Positions 30,968 through 32,000 of a stretch of DNA of 32,000 nucleotides are shown one piece after another. Origin of the DNA: Pseudomonas aeruginosa (GTDB lineage Bacteria > Pseudomonadota > Gammaproteobacteria > Pseudomonadales > Pseudomonadaceae); the NCBI RefSeq assembly GCF_001457615.1, contig NZ_LN831024.1:3150001-3182000 (forward strand), read 5' to 3'. A model generated the notes under the pieces. It made no database searches and was not told the DNA's origin. It saw only the letters and a program-made list of their open reading frames with translations. Both the position numbers and the translations under genes were made by a program. Numbering within the stretch: the stretch's first letter is position 1; each line of letters starts with the position of its first letter.

Positions 30968-31873
30968 ATGAAGCTGAACTTGCAGCAGCTCGACCTCAAC
31001 CTGCTTCTGGTCTTCGATGCCCTGATGCGCGAACGCAACCTGTCGCGCGCGGCGATCCGCCTGCATCGCAGCCAGCCGGCGGTGAGCAACGCCCTCGCCC
31101 GCCTGCGCGAGCAGCTCGACCAGCCGCTGTTCCGGCGCACCGCCAAGGGCCTGGAACCCACCGCCGCCGCCCTCGCCCTGTACGTGCCGGTGCGCCAGGC
31201 CCTGCATCTGCTGCAGGCCGGCCTTGGCTCCCAGGAAACCTTCGATCCGCACACTGCGCGGACCTTTCGCCTGACGATGAACGACTATGCCCAGTTGCGC
31301 CTGCTGCCGGGCCTGGTGACCCGCCTGAAGACCCTGGCCCCGCGGGTGACGCTGGAGGTACGTCCCGACGAAGGCGCCTCGATCCCGGCGCAACTGGCCA
31401 GCGGCGAACTCGACCTGGCGATCGACTACCTGTACTTCGACGAGCCCGAGCTGGCCTACCGGCCGGTCGGCGAGGAACGCCTGGTGGTGATCGCCCGGCA
31501 GGGCCATCCGGCCTTCCGCGGCGGCCTCGACCGCGCGGCCTACGAGGCCGCGCAGCACGTCTCGATCCTGCCGCGGGTCGGGCGCGGCAGTCCGCTGGAG
31601 ATCGTCCTCGGCTCGGCCAGGGTACAGCGCCAGGTGCAATTGCTGGTGCCTCACTACCTGACCATCCCGGCCATCGTCGCCAGCACCGAGCTGCTCGGCA
31701 CCGTGCCGCGCCGCCTGGCCGAGCGTTTCGCCGGCAGCCATGGTCTGCAACTGGCGGACGTCCCCTTCGAGATGGCCCCGGTGCAGGTCAACCTGATCTG
31801 GCATCGCCAGCAGGAAGCGACGCCCGGCCTGCAATGGCTGCGCGAGCAGATCGTGCAGATCGAACAGGGCTGA
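30968..31873 (+). CDS. LysR-family transcriptional regulator, 301 aa
   Basis: HTH LLLVFDALMRERNLSRAAIRLHRSQPAVSNALARLRE. GAGGA lies 6 nt upstream of the ATG. The gene is divergent from the hydroxylase-fusion gene. Confidence 0.93.
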   Translation: MKLNLQQLDLNLLLVFDALMRERNLSRAAIRLHRSQPAVSNALARLREQLDQPLFRRTAKGLEPTAAALALYVPVRQALHLLQAGLGSQETFDPHTARTFRLTMNDYAQLRLLPGLVTRLKTLAPRVTLEVRPDEGASIPAQLASGELDLAIDYLYFDEPELAYRPVGEERLVVIARQGHPAFRGGLDRAAYEAAQHVSILPRVGRGSPLEIVLGSARVQRQVQLLVPHYLTIPAIVASTELLGTVPRRLAERFAGSHGLQLADVPFEMAPVQVNLIWHRQQEATPGLQWLREQIVQIEQG

Positions 31874-32000
31874 GTCGCAGGTTGCGCGCCAGGATCAGTC
31901 TTCCGTCACTTTCGATCATTGAGCGAGGCCTTTCCCGCGACCTATGGTGAGGCTGCGCCCCGCTGCCGGCCCCAGGCCGCCCCGGGGATACAGTCCAGCA

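Noticed and set aside
29626-31950. 427-aa, 348-aa, 331-aa and 290-aa ORFs overlapping the hydroxylase fusion and the LysR gene
   Set aside because: They are alternative frames or strands of genes with clear His-box and HTH signatures. They are Arg/Pro/Gly-rich.
1-32000. CRISPR arrays, rRNA, tRNA, IS elements, REP-type dispersed repeats
   Set aside because: None were seen. There are no regularly spaced direct repeats, no cloverleaf-compatible or rRNA-like stretches in the intergenic gaps, and no terminal inverted repeats with a transposase.

Overview
High-GC (about two-thirds G+C) chromosomal segment. From protein families and gene order I recognise it as the Pseudomonas aeruginosa cupA/cgr - ligD - glgP - katE neighbourhood, roughly PA2121 to PA2149 of PAO1 and here reverse-complemented. 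That assignment is from memory, not a search. About 30 genes are called. Left third: an MgtC-like gene chained to an untracked 44-aa Cys-rich ORF, large-subunit catalase katE, a KGG-repeat small stress protein, a low-GC islet, and glycogen phosphorylase glgP. Middle: a tightly packed minus-strand run of receiver-only response regulator, NHEJ ligase LigD, a PLDc_N mini-protein, a metallothionein, a CinA/PncC-like protein and a general-stress SDR, followed by a DUF421 protein, a CPA1 antiporter and a DUF4142 protein. Right half: an EAL phosphodiesterase start-stop coupled to the chaperone-usher fimbrial operon cupA1-A5, then an 853-bp low-GC control region. Divergent from it is cgrABC, encoding a PP-loop/PAPS-reductase-like protein, a GNAT and a ParB/Srx-like protein. 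After that come an aldehyde dehydrogenase, a Tat-signal GMC oxidoreductase, a LysR regulator, a fatty-acid-hydroxylase::SRPBCC fusion and a divergent LysR regulator. I saw no rRNA, tRNA, CRISPR array, IS element, integrase or prophage. Most long ORFs in the supplied track are off-frame or antisense artefacts of high GC. The track also uses GTG and TTG starts, so several starts were re-derived by hand. The best candidate for unexplained biology is the cgrABC enzyme triad together with the palindrome-dense, AT-rich cupA control region. Genetically this is a known switch, but its chemistry and the basis of ON/OFF inheritance are, to my knowledge, unresolved. Other leads are the LigD stress cluster with a perfect 10-bp inverted repeat upstream, terminator-in-leader architectures, and several small untracked ORFs.
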